A DNA stretch of 64,000 nucleotides, from the NCBI GenBank assembly GCA_029856145.1, contig JAHQWK010000004.1, forward strand, positions 128,001 to 192,000, given 5' to 3'. Position numbers and translations under genes: made by a program. Origin of the DNA: Promethearchaeia archaeon (GTDB lineage Archaea; Asgardarchaeota; Lokiarchaeia; Sigyniarchaeales; SOKP01). The notes beneath the pieces were generated by a model that did not search any database, had not been told where the DNA came from, and saw only the letters and a program-made list of their open reading frames with translations. Positions 28,215 through 39,010 of the stretch are shown piece by piece. Within the stretch, counting starts at the first letter, position 1. Each line of letters starts with the position of its first letter.

Positions 28215-30137
28215 TTAAATTTTTAATTTACTTCTCCAAAAGCTGATTTTACTTCTTAATTCTTCTTTTTCAACGTTATTTAACAAATTCATATTTCTTT
28301 TAAGAGGGTTAATGCCCATTCTTATTTGCCTTAAAATAGCACTGAAACCTTTTCTCTCAAGGATATCATCTTGCAATTTCTCTAAAAGTAGAGCTATTTG
28401 TTCTCCAGGCAATGTGTCGATTTTTCCGAAGATATTGTCAAATTGAGTTGATAGATAAGCGTCTGTTGATATAACTACTCCTGGTTGGATATCTGGAGTT
28501 GTTTTAACAGGTTCTAGTTGAGGTCTTAGAGGTTCCGGAGGTGTTGGTATAGGAGTAAGAGGTATTTGTTGGGAAACTTTTGGTATAGGTGGAGTGACAG
28601 GTTGTTGATACTGTGGTTGTGCGAAACTGGGTTCAGGAGTGTGTTTTATCGCGTGTGTAATCTCTACTTGTTCAAATTTCTTACTCTGAATCCAAACATC
28701 CTCTAAAACTGCGGCGAATAATTTTACATGTTCTTCTAATACTGAACCCATTCCAGCTATTTCAAATTCTCCTGTTTCTGTTTTTGATACAACACATACA
28801 ACCACTTCTTCGAAATCTTTATTTATCGACCATAAATTTTCTCTGGAATAATGTCTTATTGTTAAATTTGTATAATCTGCTGCTTGTTTAAATCTCATTT
28901 GATCCTCTGGATTAGTTAAATCAAAATTTGTTGAAATTCTAATATTAACATGTTTTTTCAATCTTGTTAATGCAACTAAATCAATGTCTTCTAACTTAGG
29001 AGCTATAACATGAACTCGCATTTTCACCCGAGATAATGATTCATTTATTTGTGCTTTGATTCCTTCTATACTTCTTACAAACCATACATCTTTAAAGCTT
29101 AACAATGATGCTTCCTTCGAACGGTCCCAAAACTCTTGCATTGTCATCTCTGCACTTTCTAATTGATTTATGATATTATTGATAATATCATCTTGTATGG
29201 ATTCAAAAATTTCTGTGCGGAATAAATCTTTAAGTTCTGCGATTCCAGAAAGGATATCATCATGGACTCCTGAAACTCTTTTTTCTAAGTCTTCTAATGT
29301 AGTAACCATTCCACTCTGAATATCGGTAAATATAGTACCTAAGTCAGTACTGATCTCACCTGCGGTATCTGTAATACTACCTAACTGATTTATGACTTGA
29401 TCTAACATGTTTTGAGTAGTTTGCACGAATTTTTCTCGAAAAGTTTTAGTTATCTCTGTAAATTGTTCTGAAATTACTTTAGATACAATTTTTTCTGCCA
29501 TACTGCTTAATGCTCCAATTCTAAATTGTTTTTCGAATCGAGTCGCAATTTCAGATTTTACTGAATCTAAACGAGACTCCATTGCTTCAAAGTCTCTAGT
29601 TATATCTGCTGGAACAATTTCTTTTAAATTAAGTATAAATCTTCTTACATCTCGAAACTTATTTACCTGTTCAAGTTCTTTTTCAAATCGATCAAATTGT
29701 GTTTTTATTTGAGCTGGTAATTTTGACTTCATTATCTGAAGGTAAGTTTTATAGTCATCTAATTTCTTAAGTTTTGCCGATTGTTCACCTAAGGAATCGA
29801 ATTTCTCTTGGATATTCTTAGGAGCTATTTGTTGAAAATTTTTTATCGCCTCTTTGAATTGATGAATCTGGCTAACAAGTGCAGCATAAGGAGGTAAAGC
29901 TTCATAAATTGGCATTTTTCCAGGAATTTGCTTAAGAAGGCCCTTTTCAAATAAATTATTAGCTATTTCTGCTGCTCTTTCTTCAGTTACATTATTAAGT
30001 AGAGCTATTTCTCCAACCATTACAGGGCCTCTTCCTGTAATCTTATAATATGTATCGACCTCATCGTGAGCTAATCCGATGAGTTCCAAAACATGCTTTG
30101 TTGCTGAATCATCTTCTCCTGACAAGTTAACCATCAT
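28215..30137 (-). CDS. TrmB-like HTH, long helical region, PLD/TrmB-like domain, Pro-rich linker
   Basis: N-terminal 'LELIGL..DEVDTY...GEIALL...NLFEKGLL'; 'IKAQINESLSRVKMRVHVIAP'; start set by AAGGAG RBS. Confidence 0.6.
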   Translation of the reverse strand: MMVNLSGEDDSATKHVLELIGLAHDEVDTYYKITGRGPVMVGEIALLNNVTEERAAEIANNLFEKGLLKQIPGKMPIYEALPPYAALVSQIHQFKEAIKNFQQIAPKNIQEKFDSLGEQSAKLKKLDDYKTYLQIMKSKLPAQIKTQFDRFEKELEQVNKFRDVRRFILNLKEIVPADITRDFEAMESRLDSVKSEIATRFEKQFRIGALSSMAEKIVSKVISEQFTEITKTFREKFVQTTQNMLDQVINQLGSITDTAGEISTDLGTIFTDIQSGMVTTLEDLEKRVSGVHDDILSGIAELKDLFRTEIFESIQDDIINNIINQLESAEMTMQEFWDRSKEASLLSFKDVWFVRSIEGIKAQINESLSRVKMRVHVIAPKLEDIDLVALTRLKKHVNIRISTNFDLTNPEDQMRFKQAADYTNLTIRHYSRENLWSINKDFEEVVVCVVSKTETGEFEIAGMGSVLEEHVKLFAAVLEDVWIQSKKFEQVEITHAIKHTPEPSFAQPQYQQPVTPPIPKVSQQIPLTPIPTPPEPLRPQLEPVKTTPDIQPGVVISTDAYLSTQFDNIFGKIDTLPGEQIALLLEKLQDDILERKGFSAILRQIRMGINPLKRNMNLLNNVEKEELRSKISFWRSKLKI

Positions 30138-30144
30138 CTCCTTA

Positions 30145-31275
30145 TTATTTTTTATATGCTGCTTCAAGAAATTCTAGATGCTTAATTGCTACATTTTTGT
30201 TTAGTTTTCCTTCCATTCTATCTTTACGAATCTTTTCTATTAAATATTCGGGATAAAAAGTTTGAACAACTATATCAGTTAATAAAAATACCCATATTGT
30301 ATCGTTGTTACTATCTTTTATGACTTTTAGAATTTGATCATCTTCCATACCCTTTAAGAGACCTCCTATTTGGTCTAAACTCTCTCCAGGCCCTTTTGGA
30401 ATTTTATTTATTGGATATCCTCTCTCTCTAAATAAAGTTATGTAATCATAGTTATCTGGATTCATTAAATTTCGAGCTATTTTTAAGTTATCCTCAAAAG
30501 TGGGTTTGTAATTTGTAAAAAATTGAGTGACTTCTTCAAGATATTTTGATGCAACTTCAGGTGTTGGAATATTCTTTTTGGCGTCTTCGATTAACTTAGA
30601 AACTGGTGATCTAAAAATAGTAAAATCAGTGAGAAGAAATAACGTTATATCAGTATCACCTTCAACCCAATCTTGCATTAACAAGCCAGTTTTAATAAAA
30701 GGATCCAAGACATATTCGATATTTGGGATTATTTTTTGCAATTTCTCTTCTATAATCCCTTGTAATTCCCTTCTAGATAATGATCTTTCTTGTAAAGCCT
30801 CTAATATCGTCCGTGCTTTTTCACTAGTATATATTTGTGCTAATCTTTGTTCTTTTGATAAATTTTTTAATCGATCCAAGAGAATTAGTGTATTTCTCAG
30901 ATAGAGTTTTATTGTTTTTACAATTTCATAACTTTGTGATATATTAGTGCTCATCTGCCTTAAGTATTTTACTAAATCTTCATTAATTTCTTTTAGTACA
31001 GCTTCGCCGAACATTTCAGGGTCTTCTCCTAATTCTAACATTAAATTTATCATTATAGGCATATCAGATTCCATGCCAGTAAAATAACTCGATACATTCG
31101 AACGAGCTTTTTCTAATCGTACTAATACATTTCCTGCCGCTCCTGCACCCGTAATATGTGCATAAAAGATTCGCATCATATCGTCTAAGTCTATCTCAAG
31201 ATCTTCTGGATAACTTAGTTTAACAACTAGTCCCTGATCTTCTGTCCATTCAGTTATAATATAACCATGTGGCAT
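30145..31275 (-). CDS. Longin/uDENN-like N-terminal domain plus HTH-like domains
   Basis: 'HGYIITEWTEDQGLVVKLSYP' start pattern. Confidence 0.55.
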   Translation of the reverse strand: MPHGYIITEWTEDQGLVVKLSYPEDLEIDLDDMMRIFYAHITGAGAAGNVLVRLEKARSNVSSYFTGMESDMPIMINLMLELGEDPEMFGEAVLKEINEDLVKYLRQMSTNISQSYEIVKTIKLYLRNTLILLDRLKNLSKEQRLAQIYTSEKARTILEALQERSLSRRELQGIIEEKLQKIIPNIEYVLDPFIKTGLLMQDWVEGDTDITLFLLTDFTIFRSPVSKLIEDAKKNIPTPEVASKYLEEVTQFFTNYKPTFEDNLKIARNLMNPDNYDYITLFRERGYPINKIPKGPGESLDQIGGLLKGMEDDQILKVIKDSNNDTIWVFLLTDIVVQTFYPEYLIEKIRKDRMEGKLNKNVAIKHLEFLEAAYKK

Positions 31276-32874
31276 TTAAATTTCTCCCTCTTTTTTAATT
31301 GGATTTTTTTCAATTTTTTTTTCAATTTGTTCTTGTTGAATGGTTTCAAATATTAAAATATTCTTTCGTTCATATAAACTATTCTTAATTATATCCTCTC
31401 GGTTATTTACCAATATTGGCTTTTTGGCTTTTCCTTTACTAACTCTTTTCTTTAATTTCCTTATTTTTCTAACTAATGGAGGATATTTAAAATGAAATTG
31501 ATATAAACTAAATGCTATAACAATACTAATAATTCCAACAGTTAACCCAATAACGAGAAGACTTAAATCTGTTCCCGGTTTGACATAAATATATGAAATG
31601 TAAAGATAAATATCATCAATCGAAATTGTTATTGTTCTGTTTAATCCAAATGTATTTGCTATATAAGTTTGTATTGAAATTGATATATTTACTCCTTCTC
31701 TAAATAATGATGCAAAATCTACTCCTTCAAACCTTATATGTTGTAAGCTAGTAGTCAAAGAACTTAACTGAATTGTTTCTCTATAGGGATTATCATTAAT
31801 TAAAATCCTTATTTCTGAAAATGGAGATAGATCATAGGGCCAAGCTTCGCTTATTGAATAATTAAAATAACATATAGCGTTAGTAATTTGTACATTTTCA
31901 CCACTTACAGCATCCCCAATTTGATTCCACGCCACAGTTGTGAATTTTTCAATTTTTCTCTCATATGAAAATGTTAAATTACATTCTTTTATTCTTAGAT
32001 AATTAAATGTGTCTCTATCGTTTCCCCAATTATCTTCACAGTATATATCTATTCCCAATGTTATAGTGAAATTAGAATGAGAAGGATCTTTCTCAAATGC
32101 TGAATTTAATGCTGTTATTAACACACTTTCTCCATATATATATAGGAGACTATTATTTATTATCGAAGTAAGTCCATCTGAATCTACTCCTAAATCAACA
32201 GTTCGATTGAAAGCTACTATATAAGGATTTATAAAATCAATATCTGAAATAAGAACGTAAAAAGTTACAAAATCTCCAATACCAAATTGATTAAGAGCAC
32301 TTTCACCCAAAACATCCACACCCCCAGCAGAATCATCTCCCTGACCAACCACAGAAGCATTAAATACCACATCTAAGTCTGCAGAAGTAATTTCATATTT
32401 TGACATATCTACTGGCATACTAATATTTTTCCTCCAGTGAACTCCAGGAAATTGATTGGAACGTTCATTCCATGAATGAGAAACATAACAACCAAATGAA
32501 TCAATACTTGTAGTGTCTGGTAGGTAGTAATCAGGTTTTGCATATTCATACCAATTTGGTGAATCTGTTGAATTTGGAACGCCATATAATTGAAAAACGC
32601 TCCTTTCTCCTAAAACATGAAAATTTCCCATACCACTGCTAATATTTGCATCTACAGATGAATTATCCCCTTGATCACCTTTTGTATAAAACCAGTTCTG
32701 CTGAGTTGAAAAATCATTATTTTCTAACCATTGGGTTTGAGCAGAAAGATGAATCTCTTTTTGATCATTGTTTTCTAATGAATTCAATATATGATTAGAA
32801 ATATTAGTTTGAGTTAAAAATATGAGAAAAACTATTGACACCAATAAATATTTTGTATTTTTCGTCTTTCTCAT
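31276..32874 (-). CDS. Secreted, C-terminally anchored surface protein
   Basis: Signal peptide, many NxS/T sequons, TM plus YPPLVRKIRKLKK. Confidence 0.75.
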   Translation of the reverse strand: MRKTKNTKYLLVSIVFLIFLTQTNISNHILNSLENNDQKEIHLSAQTQWLENNDFSTQQNWFYTKGDQGDNSSVDANISSGMGNFHVLGERSVFQLYGVPNSTDSPNWYEYAKPDYYLPDTTSIDSFGCYVSHSWNERSNQFPGVHWRKNISMPVDMSKYEITSADLDVVFNASVVGQGDDSAGGVDVLGESALNQFGIGDFVTFYVLISDIDFINPYIVAFNRTVDLGVDSDGLTSIINNSLLYIYGESVLITALNSAFEKDPSHSNFTITLGIDIYCEDNWGNDRDTFNYLRIKECNLTFSYERKIEKFTTVAWNQIGDAVSGENVQITNAICYFNYSISEAWPYDLSPFSEIRILINDNPYRETIQLSSLTTSLQHIRFEGVDFASLFREGVNISISIQTYIANTFGLNRTITISIDDIYLYISYIYVKPGTDLSLLVIGLTVGIISIVIAFSLYQFHFKYPPLVRKIRKLKKRVSKGKAKKPILVNNREDIIKNSLYERKNILIFETIQQEQIEKKIEKNPIKKEGEI

Positions 32875-34502
32875 TGAATTACCCCTCCGTTATTGTATAT
32901 ATTGCCTGGTTTTTCTTGATTAGGCTTTTCAATACTTAAATCTTTTTTCACTATAGCTTCGGACTCTAAATCTAAGATTTGTAACTTATTCTGTAAACTA
33001 CTATTTACAATTAAATCTCTTTGGTATAGCATTATAGGTTTAAGTTTCCTCCCTTTCCTAACCTTTTTCTTTAATTTTCTTATTTTTCTAACCATTGGAG
33101 GAAACTGAAAAATTTTAAAATACAATCCAAGAGCCGTAGCAAGGATAATGATTCCTGCACTTAATCCAATTATTACTGGAGTCCAATCCCCACCAACATG
33201 TATGATTGTGATATAGAGATATACATCATCAATAGAAATTTCAATCTCTTTATCTAAATTGAAATTATCAGCAAGAAATAACTGAATTGAGAGATTTACT
33301 CCTGAATTTAAGTCAATAAAATCAGTAATGTCAAGTCCTCCTAATTTCACCTCTTGAAATGATGCATTAGCAGAACTTAATTTTAAAGTTTGCCTATCAT
33401 AAAAAATATCATTCAAATAGATTCTAAATTCAGAAAGGGGAGCCGTTGTTGGCCAAGTATCATTTATCTTATATTTGAAATTTAAATTACCATCTGTTAT
33501 TCGAATATTTCTACCACTTACCTCTTCCCCTATTTGATTTAATGATAATGATGTAAAATAATCTATTTTCTTTTCATAAGTTATGGTAAGATTACAGGTT
33601 TTAAAGATCAAATAATTCCATAAATCTTGATCTCCTCCACCAGCAGCTTTATTATCTTCACAATATATATCTAAACCTAAAGTAATAGTAAAATTTTGAT
33701 TATCTGTCTGCAGAGCAGTATTTAAAGCGGCAATTAAGTCTGGCTCATTAACATAATTTAATTCTGTGTCATTAATTTCTAAAATATCTGGAAATCCAAC
33801 CCGATCACCTTGTCCTAAAGCAACATCACGAGTTTCGAAGCTAGCAACAGGAAACGGATAGGTATAATTTGTATCTGATAATTGAACATAAAAATTTGCT
33901 GAATCACCAATAAGGAATTTGTCCGCATCAATATAGAACGTATTTGAAGTATTATCCCAATCATTATAACTATCTACATTAATGTCAACACTTGCATTAA
34001 AGATGACTTCTAATGATGCATCAGTAATAACATAGTCAGACATATCAACTGGCATACTTATATTCGTTCTAAAATGAACACTTGGAAAATTATGTACTTG
34101 TCCAGGGCCCGTACTTTCATCTAAATAATGATAAACCCAACAACCATAGGATCTTATTTCTGAATCATCTGGAAGCATAAAATTACTATTGTTATATATT
34201 CCCCACCCGGGAGAAGTTGAACTATTAGGCGTCCCAGAAATTAATGTAAATGTTCTTTTTTCTCCAAGAATCCTATAGTTTGCTTGATTTTGACTTGCTA
34301 TTAGCTCAAGATCTGAATTATCACCTTCTGATCCATATTCCCAAAACCAATCTGGAGTGATAGGAGAATCTAGAGTTGGATTTTCCACCCACAATTCCGG
34401 TTCGGAAGGTTTAGGAGTTAATAAAATAAAAGATCCATAAATTAATGCCCCTATTACTACTACGCCAAGTATACTCCCGATTAATACTTTTTTATTTACC
34501 AA
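32871..34502 (-). CDS. Surface protein, paralog of 31276..32874
   Basis: Shared NISMPVDMS, NFTITLG.DIYCEDN, PP.VRKIRKLKK. Confidence 0.75.
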   Translation of the reverse strand: MVNKKVLIGSILGVVVIGALIYGSFILLTPKPSEPELWVENPTLDSPITPDWFWEYGSEGDNSDLELIASQNQANYRILGEKRTFTLISGTPNSSTSPGWGIYNNSNFMLPDDSEIRSYGCWVYHYLDESTGPGQVHNFPSVHFRTNISMPVDMSDYVITDASLEVIFNASVDINVDSYNDWDNTSNTFYIDADKFLIGDSANFYVQLSDTNYTYPFPVASFETRDVALGQGDRVGFPDILEINDTELNYVNEPDLIAALNTALQTDNQNFTITLGLDIYCEDNKAAGGGDQDLWNYLIFKTCNLTITYEKKIDYFTSLSLNQIGEEVSGRNIRITDGNLNFKYKINDTWPTTAPLSEFRIYLNDIFYDRQTLKLSSANASFQEVKLGGLDITDFIDLNSGVNLSIQLFLADNFNLDKEIEISIDDVYLYITIIHVGGDWTPVIIGLSAGIIILATALGLYFKIFQFPPMVRKIRKLKKKVRKGRKLKPIMLYQRDLIVNSSLQNKLQILDLESEAIVKKDLSIEKPNQEKPGNIYNNGGVIQ

Positions 34503-34687
34503 ATCTGTTTACCTCAATATCTACAATTTGGGATGCAATTATAAAATTGGAATCTTATTTAGATATCACTTTTATAATATCAAGATCTTGGTTGCTTATT
34601 CCAGTTTTTCACTACTTTTATAGGATAATAGTAGCAATATGCCATATAAAAATCTTCTTCTATTTAAATTTACATCTATCATTATTT

Positions 34688-35491
34688 TTATAAAGCACTT
34701 TTTACAAATCCGCCATCAACTTGTATTACCGTCCCAGTAATGTAACTTGCCTTTTCAGATGCTAAGAATACTACTAAATTTGCTAGTTCTTCAGGCTTTC
34801 CTAATCGTCCTAATGGTATAGGATCTATCCACGTTTTCTCAACTTCTTCATAAGATTTACCTGTCTCTTTAACTGTTTTACGTATCAATTCTTTCATACG
34901 ATCTGTTAAGGTCGGACCAGGACATACAACATTCACTAATATATTATGATCACCATACTCATTAGCAAGTGTTTTCGCAAAGCCTACAATGCCTAAACGT
35001 GTTGTGTTAGATAAAACAAGATTGTTTAAAGGTTGTTTAACTGAGACCGATGTAATCGCAATAATCCTTCCGGACTTTTGTTTCCGCATAATAGGAATTA
35101 TTAAATCAGTTATACGAACTATTGAAAGGAGATTTAAATCAATTGAATTTTTCCAGTCTTCTTTCGTAATGTTCTCTATAGTCCCAGAAGGAGGTCCTCC
35201 AGCATTATGGACTAGAATATCAATCTTACCAAATTCATTTAATGTTTTTTCTACAAGATTATTTAGTTGATATTCATGCCTTAAATCAGCCACAATAGGA
35301 AAGACTTTATTATTTGAATTCTTTGAATCTATCTTTTCTATTTTTTCTTTTGCGATTTTAAGGTTTTCTTCAGAACGACTACATATTACAACATTAGCTC
35401 CCTCTTTATAAAGTCCACTTGCGCAAGCAAGCCCTAAACCTTTACTGGATGCTAGTACTAAAGCAACTTTATTTTCTAATCCTAAATTCAT
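34688..35491 (-). CDS. SDR-family oxidoreductase
   Basis: ASSKGLG, HNAGGPP, NVVCPG, IPLGRLG, VDGG. Confidence 0.9.
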   Translation of the reverse strand: MNLGLENKVALVLASSKGLGLACASGLYKEGANVVICSRSEENLKIAKEKIEKIDSKNSNNKVFPIVADLRHEYQLNNLVEKTLNEFGKIDILVHNAGGPPSGTIENITKEDWKNSIDLNLLSIVRITDLIIPIMRKQKSGRIIAITSVSVKQPLNNLVLSNTTRLGIVGFAKTLANEYGDHNILVNVVCPGPTLTDRMKELIRKTVKETGKSYEEVEKTWIDPIPLGRLGKPEELANLVVFLASEKASYITGTVIQVDGGFVKSAL

Positions 35492-35509
35492 TCTTAATAA
35501 TCATCCTCA

Positions 35510-35722
35510 TTATTTCGAATCTGAAATGAAACCTGTGAATTTAGCACATTTTCGGAAAAATTTATTACACCTACTACAATTTTCAGCACTTATACACTCA
35601 ATAGCATAAGGACAAGTGATTTGTTTTTTGTCTAATTTTATCATGACTCTATGTAATCTGTTCTGTATTTCATTTCTCACAGCATTACACCACATATCCC
35701 CGGTTTTCACATCTAATTTCAT
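35510..35722 (-). CDS. Small Cys-rich protein
   Basis: CPYAIEC....CSRC....RKC. Confidence 0.55.
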   Translation of the reverse strand: MKLDVKTGDMWCNAVRNEIQNRLHRVMIKLDKKQITCPYAIECISAENCSRCNKFFRKCAKFTGFISDSK

Positions 35723-35947
35723 TTCTAATTATACTATCTCTTTAATAATATAAGAAAAATATCTTTCATTAAAATTATTAGCTTTTTAATATAATACTTC
35801 TAAAATCTACCTCTTAAAAACGAGTTTTCCTAAATTTCCTATGAAAGATTTTAAAAAGATAGTTTTATAAATTCAAATAATTATAATAGTTTTAAAGATT
35901 GAAGAATATATTATTAAATATCTAAACATAATTTGTATAAAAGGTGT

Positions 35948-36409
35948 ATGAGTATTAGTATTGACACGAAAAGTTTCGATAACATTCTCAGCAAGATTAT
36001 AAAGAGTGAAAGTGGCATTAAAAAAGTAATTTTGGTCGATAGAACGGGATTAACTATTGCAAGTGTCTCGAAATTCTCCTATTTCCCAGCTGATGTTGAT
36101 GGGATTGGTGCTATTGCGAGTGCAGTTTTTTGCGCCTCTGAAGAACAAGGTAAAAATCTAGAGCTTGGTAATCTTGAAATTGTCACTTCAGAATTTATCG
36201 GAGGTAAAATCTTTGCATCGTCGTGTGGTCCTAAAGGTGTATTAACACTTATATCTGATCCGGAGATCAACATTGGATTAATTAGGCTTATTTTGAAACG
36301 ATCCGGAGATGAGTTAAAGGATATTCTAGATGAATTTTTATCAGAAACCGTTGATGTTATGGATAGTGGCTTAGATTTATCAGATCTTGACTCACTTACA
36401 CCAGATTAA
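35948..36409 (+). CDS. Roadblock/LC7 (MglB-like) protein
   Basis: VILVDRTGLTIAS, IGAIASAV, INIGLIRL. Confidence 0.9.
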   Translation: MSISIDTKSFDNILSKIIKSESGIKKVILVDRTGLTIASVSKFSYFPADVDGIGAIASAVFCASEEQGKNLELGNLEIVTSEFIGGKIFASSCGPKGVLTLISDPEINIGLIRLILKRSGDELKDILDEFLSETVDVMDSGLDLSDLDSLTPD

Positions 36410-36548
36410 AAAATATCGTTTTTAATCTAAATTTATTTTATTTGAAATAAACTTAATCTCTCAAATTTCTATAAATTGAATTTGTTGTCTGAAGTTCATT
36501 TATTTAAGTTTACAATGAAAATTAAAAAAAAAAAAAGTAAATTTCTAC

Positions 36549-37052
36549 CTAATTATATAACATTATTAAGAGAGAGCATGATTCTATACGATTTCCACCT
36601 GGAGCACCCAGAGTCCCTGCACCATAAGATCGTACTGATATGGTATACGTGTTTGCAGCCAAATTTAATAGATTATCCTGTGTTGTGAGAGAAAGCCTTG
36701 TATTTACTATTGAAGGTATATCGGCAACGGTTCTAACAGAACTTGTTATTTGAAGTCCATTGTAATATAAACTTACAGTAAGTTGCTCAGGTGTTGCTGA
36801 ATTTCTTAAAATTACTTCACATTCAAATAATATGTGTAAATTTTGACCTTCTCGTACATCAACGTCTATTGATGTTACTTCTGTATATGTCCCTGTGGGA
36901 TACCAGGGGACAGATCTCTCAGTATAATATATATTTTCTATTTTCGAGTATGGTGTTGTTATTATATCTTTTATAACAGTATAAGATCCAAGGCTCACTG
37001 CGATTAGACTTATTAATAATGTAACTATAGTTAAACCTTTTCTATTTCCCAA
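36549..37052 (-). CDS. N-terminally anchored beta-rich extracellular protein
   Basis: N-terminal TM; AGGTGA RBS before TTG. Confidence 0.65.
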   Translation of the reverse strand: MGNRKGLTIVTLLISLIAVSLGSYTVIKDIITTPYSKIENIYYTERSVPWYPTGTYTEVTSIDVDVREGQNLHILFECEVILRNSATPEQLTVSLYYNGLQITSSVRTVADIPSIVNTRLSLTTQDNLLNLAANTYTISVRSYGAGTLGAPGGNRIESCSLLIMLYN

Positions 37053-37396
37053 ATTTAATTCACCTTTTATGGTAAATTTTCTATTATTTTATAATTAAAA
37101 ATTAATTAATGGATAAGACAACCTTTATATAAATAATTAGCTATAAGGTAAATTTTACTTTTTGTTCTTTAGATCTTTATATACCTTTAATTGTTAAGAT
37201 TCAAAAATCGCGAGTTTCGATACTTTTATCGAGAGTTTGTTGAATTAATTCCCTTCTAGCTTTTATTACAGCTTCACTTTTCTAAACCATTATAAAAAAA
37301 AATAATTTTTGTAGGATTTAAAATAGAGGAGAGTTATATATTATTCTGTTAGAAATTGAGAAAAAAAATTAAAATAAAAAAAAAGAAAAAAGAATT

Positions 37397-38887
37397 TTAT
37401 GTTTTAGGTTTTCGTTTTCTAATGAAATAAATTCCAATAATCGCTCCAAGAGCAGCGCTTTCAATAATAACAAAAACTAATAAGACAATACTCAAGGTCA
37501 CCGTGTCTATTCCTGGGAGTCCCGCAGTACATATATTATTTTCAAATAAATTTCCGGTACTTCCTCCTGTTTCATTGTAACATACCAAATTCCCTAACAA
37601 AATATTATTGGCAATTATATTATTATCGCTATTATCTAAATATGTACCGTTCCTGTTATTATTCGCTGTGTTAGATATAATCGAATTTGAGTTACTATCT
37701 AATAAATGGATTCCATTCTTTTCATTATTATTAGCTGTATTTTCTACTAATGCGATATTATTGCTTGTTTCTAACAAGATTCCATGTTCTTCATTATTTG
37801 TTGCTAAATTATTCATTAGCAAATTATTATGACTATTAAAAACTACATGAATTCCACTTAAGTTATTGTATTGTATAGTGTTAGATTTTAAAATGCTTCT
37901 TAGACTAGAATATAATCTTATCCCATCTAAACCATTATGATGAGCGTTATTATTCTCTATTACACAATCGTCTGGATTGTTCACGAATATTCCATTTTGT
38001 TTATTTTCATAAACTGTGTTTTGAGAGCATATAAGACTATTTCCGCCATCAAGAATAATTCCATGTAATACATTTCCGTAAACTAAATTATTGGAAATAG
38101 TTGTTTCATCACAGGAATCAATTTCAATTCCATTTTGACCATTAAGATTAGCTGTATTACCTGAGATAGTATTATAATCACTATTTGAAGTTAAAGAAAT
38201 TCCATTTATATTTTCATTCTCGTTTGCTTGATTATAAGAAATGGTATTAGAAGTACTCTGGGTGAGAAATATTCCGTGGTTAAAATTTGCAGAGGCGTTA
38301 TTATTTGAAATGGTGTTATGATGAGAATTTGATAGGCGTAAACCTTCATTATTTCCATATATATGATTGCCACTAACTTCTGTGTTATTCACAAACGATA
38401 ACTCAATACCTCTTAAACAATTGTATACGAAGCTATTAATAATTTCACCATTGGTTACATTGTTTAGATATAATCCAGATTCCAGAGAGTCTGAATTTCT
38501 AAATATACAATCTCTAATAATAAAATAATCTCTTGAATTAAATATTCTTAAGCAGTCATCAAATGCAACACCATTATCAAAAATATGATTTCGAATTAAA
38601 TAAGGACTTGCAGGTGTACCATATCCTGTACAAATTCCAATATCTTTTGCCCAAGTCCAATTGCCAGAACTTGTAGTGTTAGTGGTGGCTAACGCATCAA
38701 TTTCAATATCAACAAATGTAGAAGCAATCTTTGGTAATATTGTATCGTAATCATTTTCATATTTAATCGTAGTATTTGAAACATGGAAATTGAAACCTAT
38801 TGAAAACCCCAAAATTGAACATGCTAAAAAAATTGTAAATAAAACCGCAATTTTTTGTTTTTTTCTATTGATCATTAGTTTAACCAT
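37397..38887 (-). CDS. NosD/CASH right-handed beta-helix surface protein
   Basis: GI.L..S..NTIS.N repeats; signal peptide; C-terminal TM plus RKRKPKT. Confidence 0.9.
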   Translation of the reverse strand: MVKLMINRKKQKIAVLFTIFLACSILGFSIGFNFHVSNTTIKYENDYDTILPKIASTFVDIEIDALATTNTTSSGNWTWAKDIGICTGYGTPASPYLIRNHIFDNGVAFDDCLRIFNSRDYFIIRDCIFRNSDSLESGLYLNNVTNGEIINSFVYNCLRGIELSFVNNTEVSGNHIYGNNEGLRLSNSHHNTISNNNASANFNHGIFLTQSTSNTISYNQANENENINGISLTSNSDYNTISGNTANLNGQNGIEIDSCDETTISNNLVYGNVLHGIILDGGNSLICSQNTVYENKQNGIFVNNPDDCVIENNNAHHNGLDGIRLYSSLRSILKSNTIQYNNLSGIHVVFNSHNNLLMNNLATNNEEHGILLETSNNIALVENTANNNEKNGIHLLDSNSNSIISNTANNNRNGTYLDNSDNNIIANNILLGNLVCYNETGGSTGNLFENNICTAGLPGIDTVTLSIVLLVFVIIESAALGAIIGIYFIRKRKPKT

Positions 38888-39010
38888 TTTTTAGTAAATA
38901 GTATGTAATTGAATATAGATATGATATAAAAAGGATTTAGGAATGATTCTTCCCAATTAAACTAAAAATGCCCTAAAATTATATTTAGAAAAAAAATAAA
39001 AAGAAGAAGT

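Noticed and set aside
34596-34682. 28-codon minus-strand ORF MIDVNLNRRRFLYGILLLLSY... with a Tat-like RRxFL
   Set aside because: No clear RBS, no passenger domain, single occurrence; plausibly chance
36489-36512. GAAGTTCA half-site similar to the operator
   Set aside because: Wrong spacing, no TATA, lies between convergent genes
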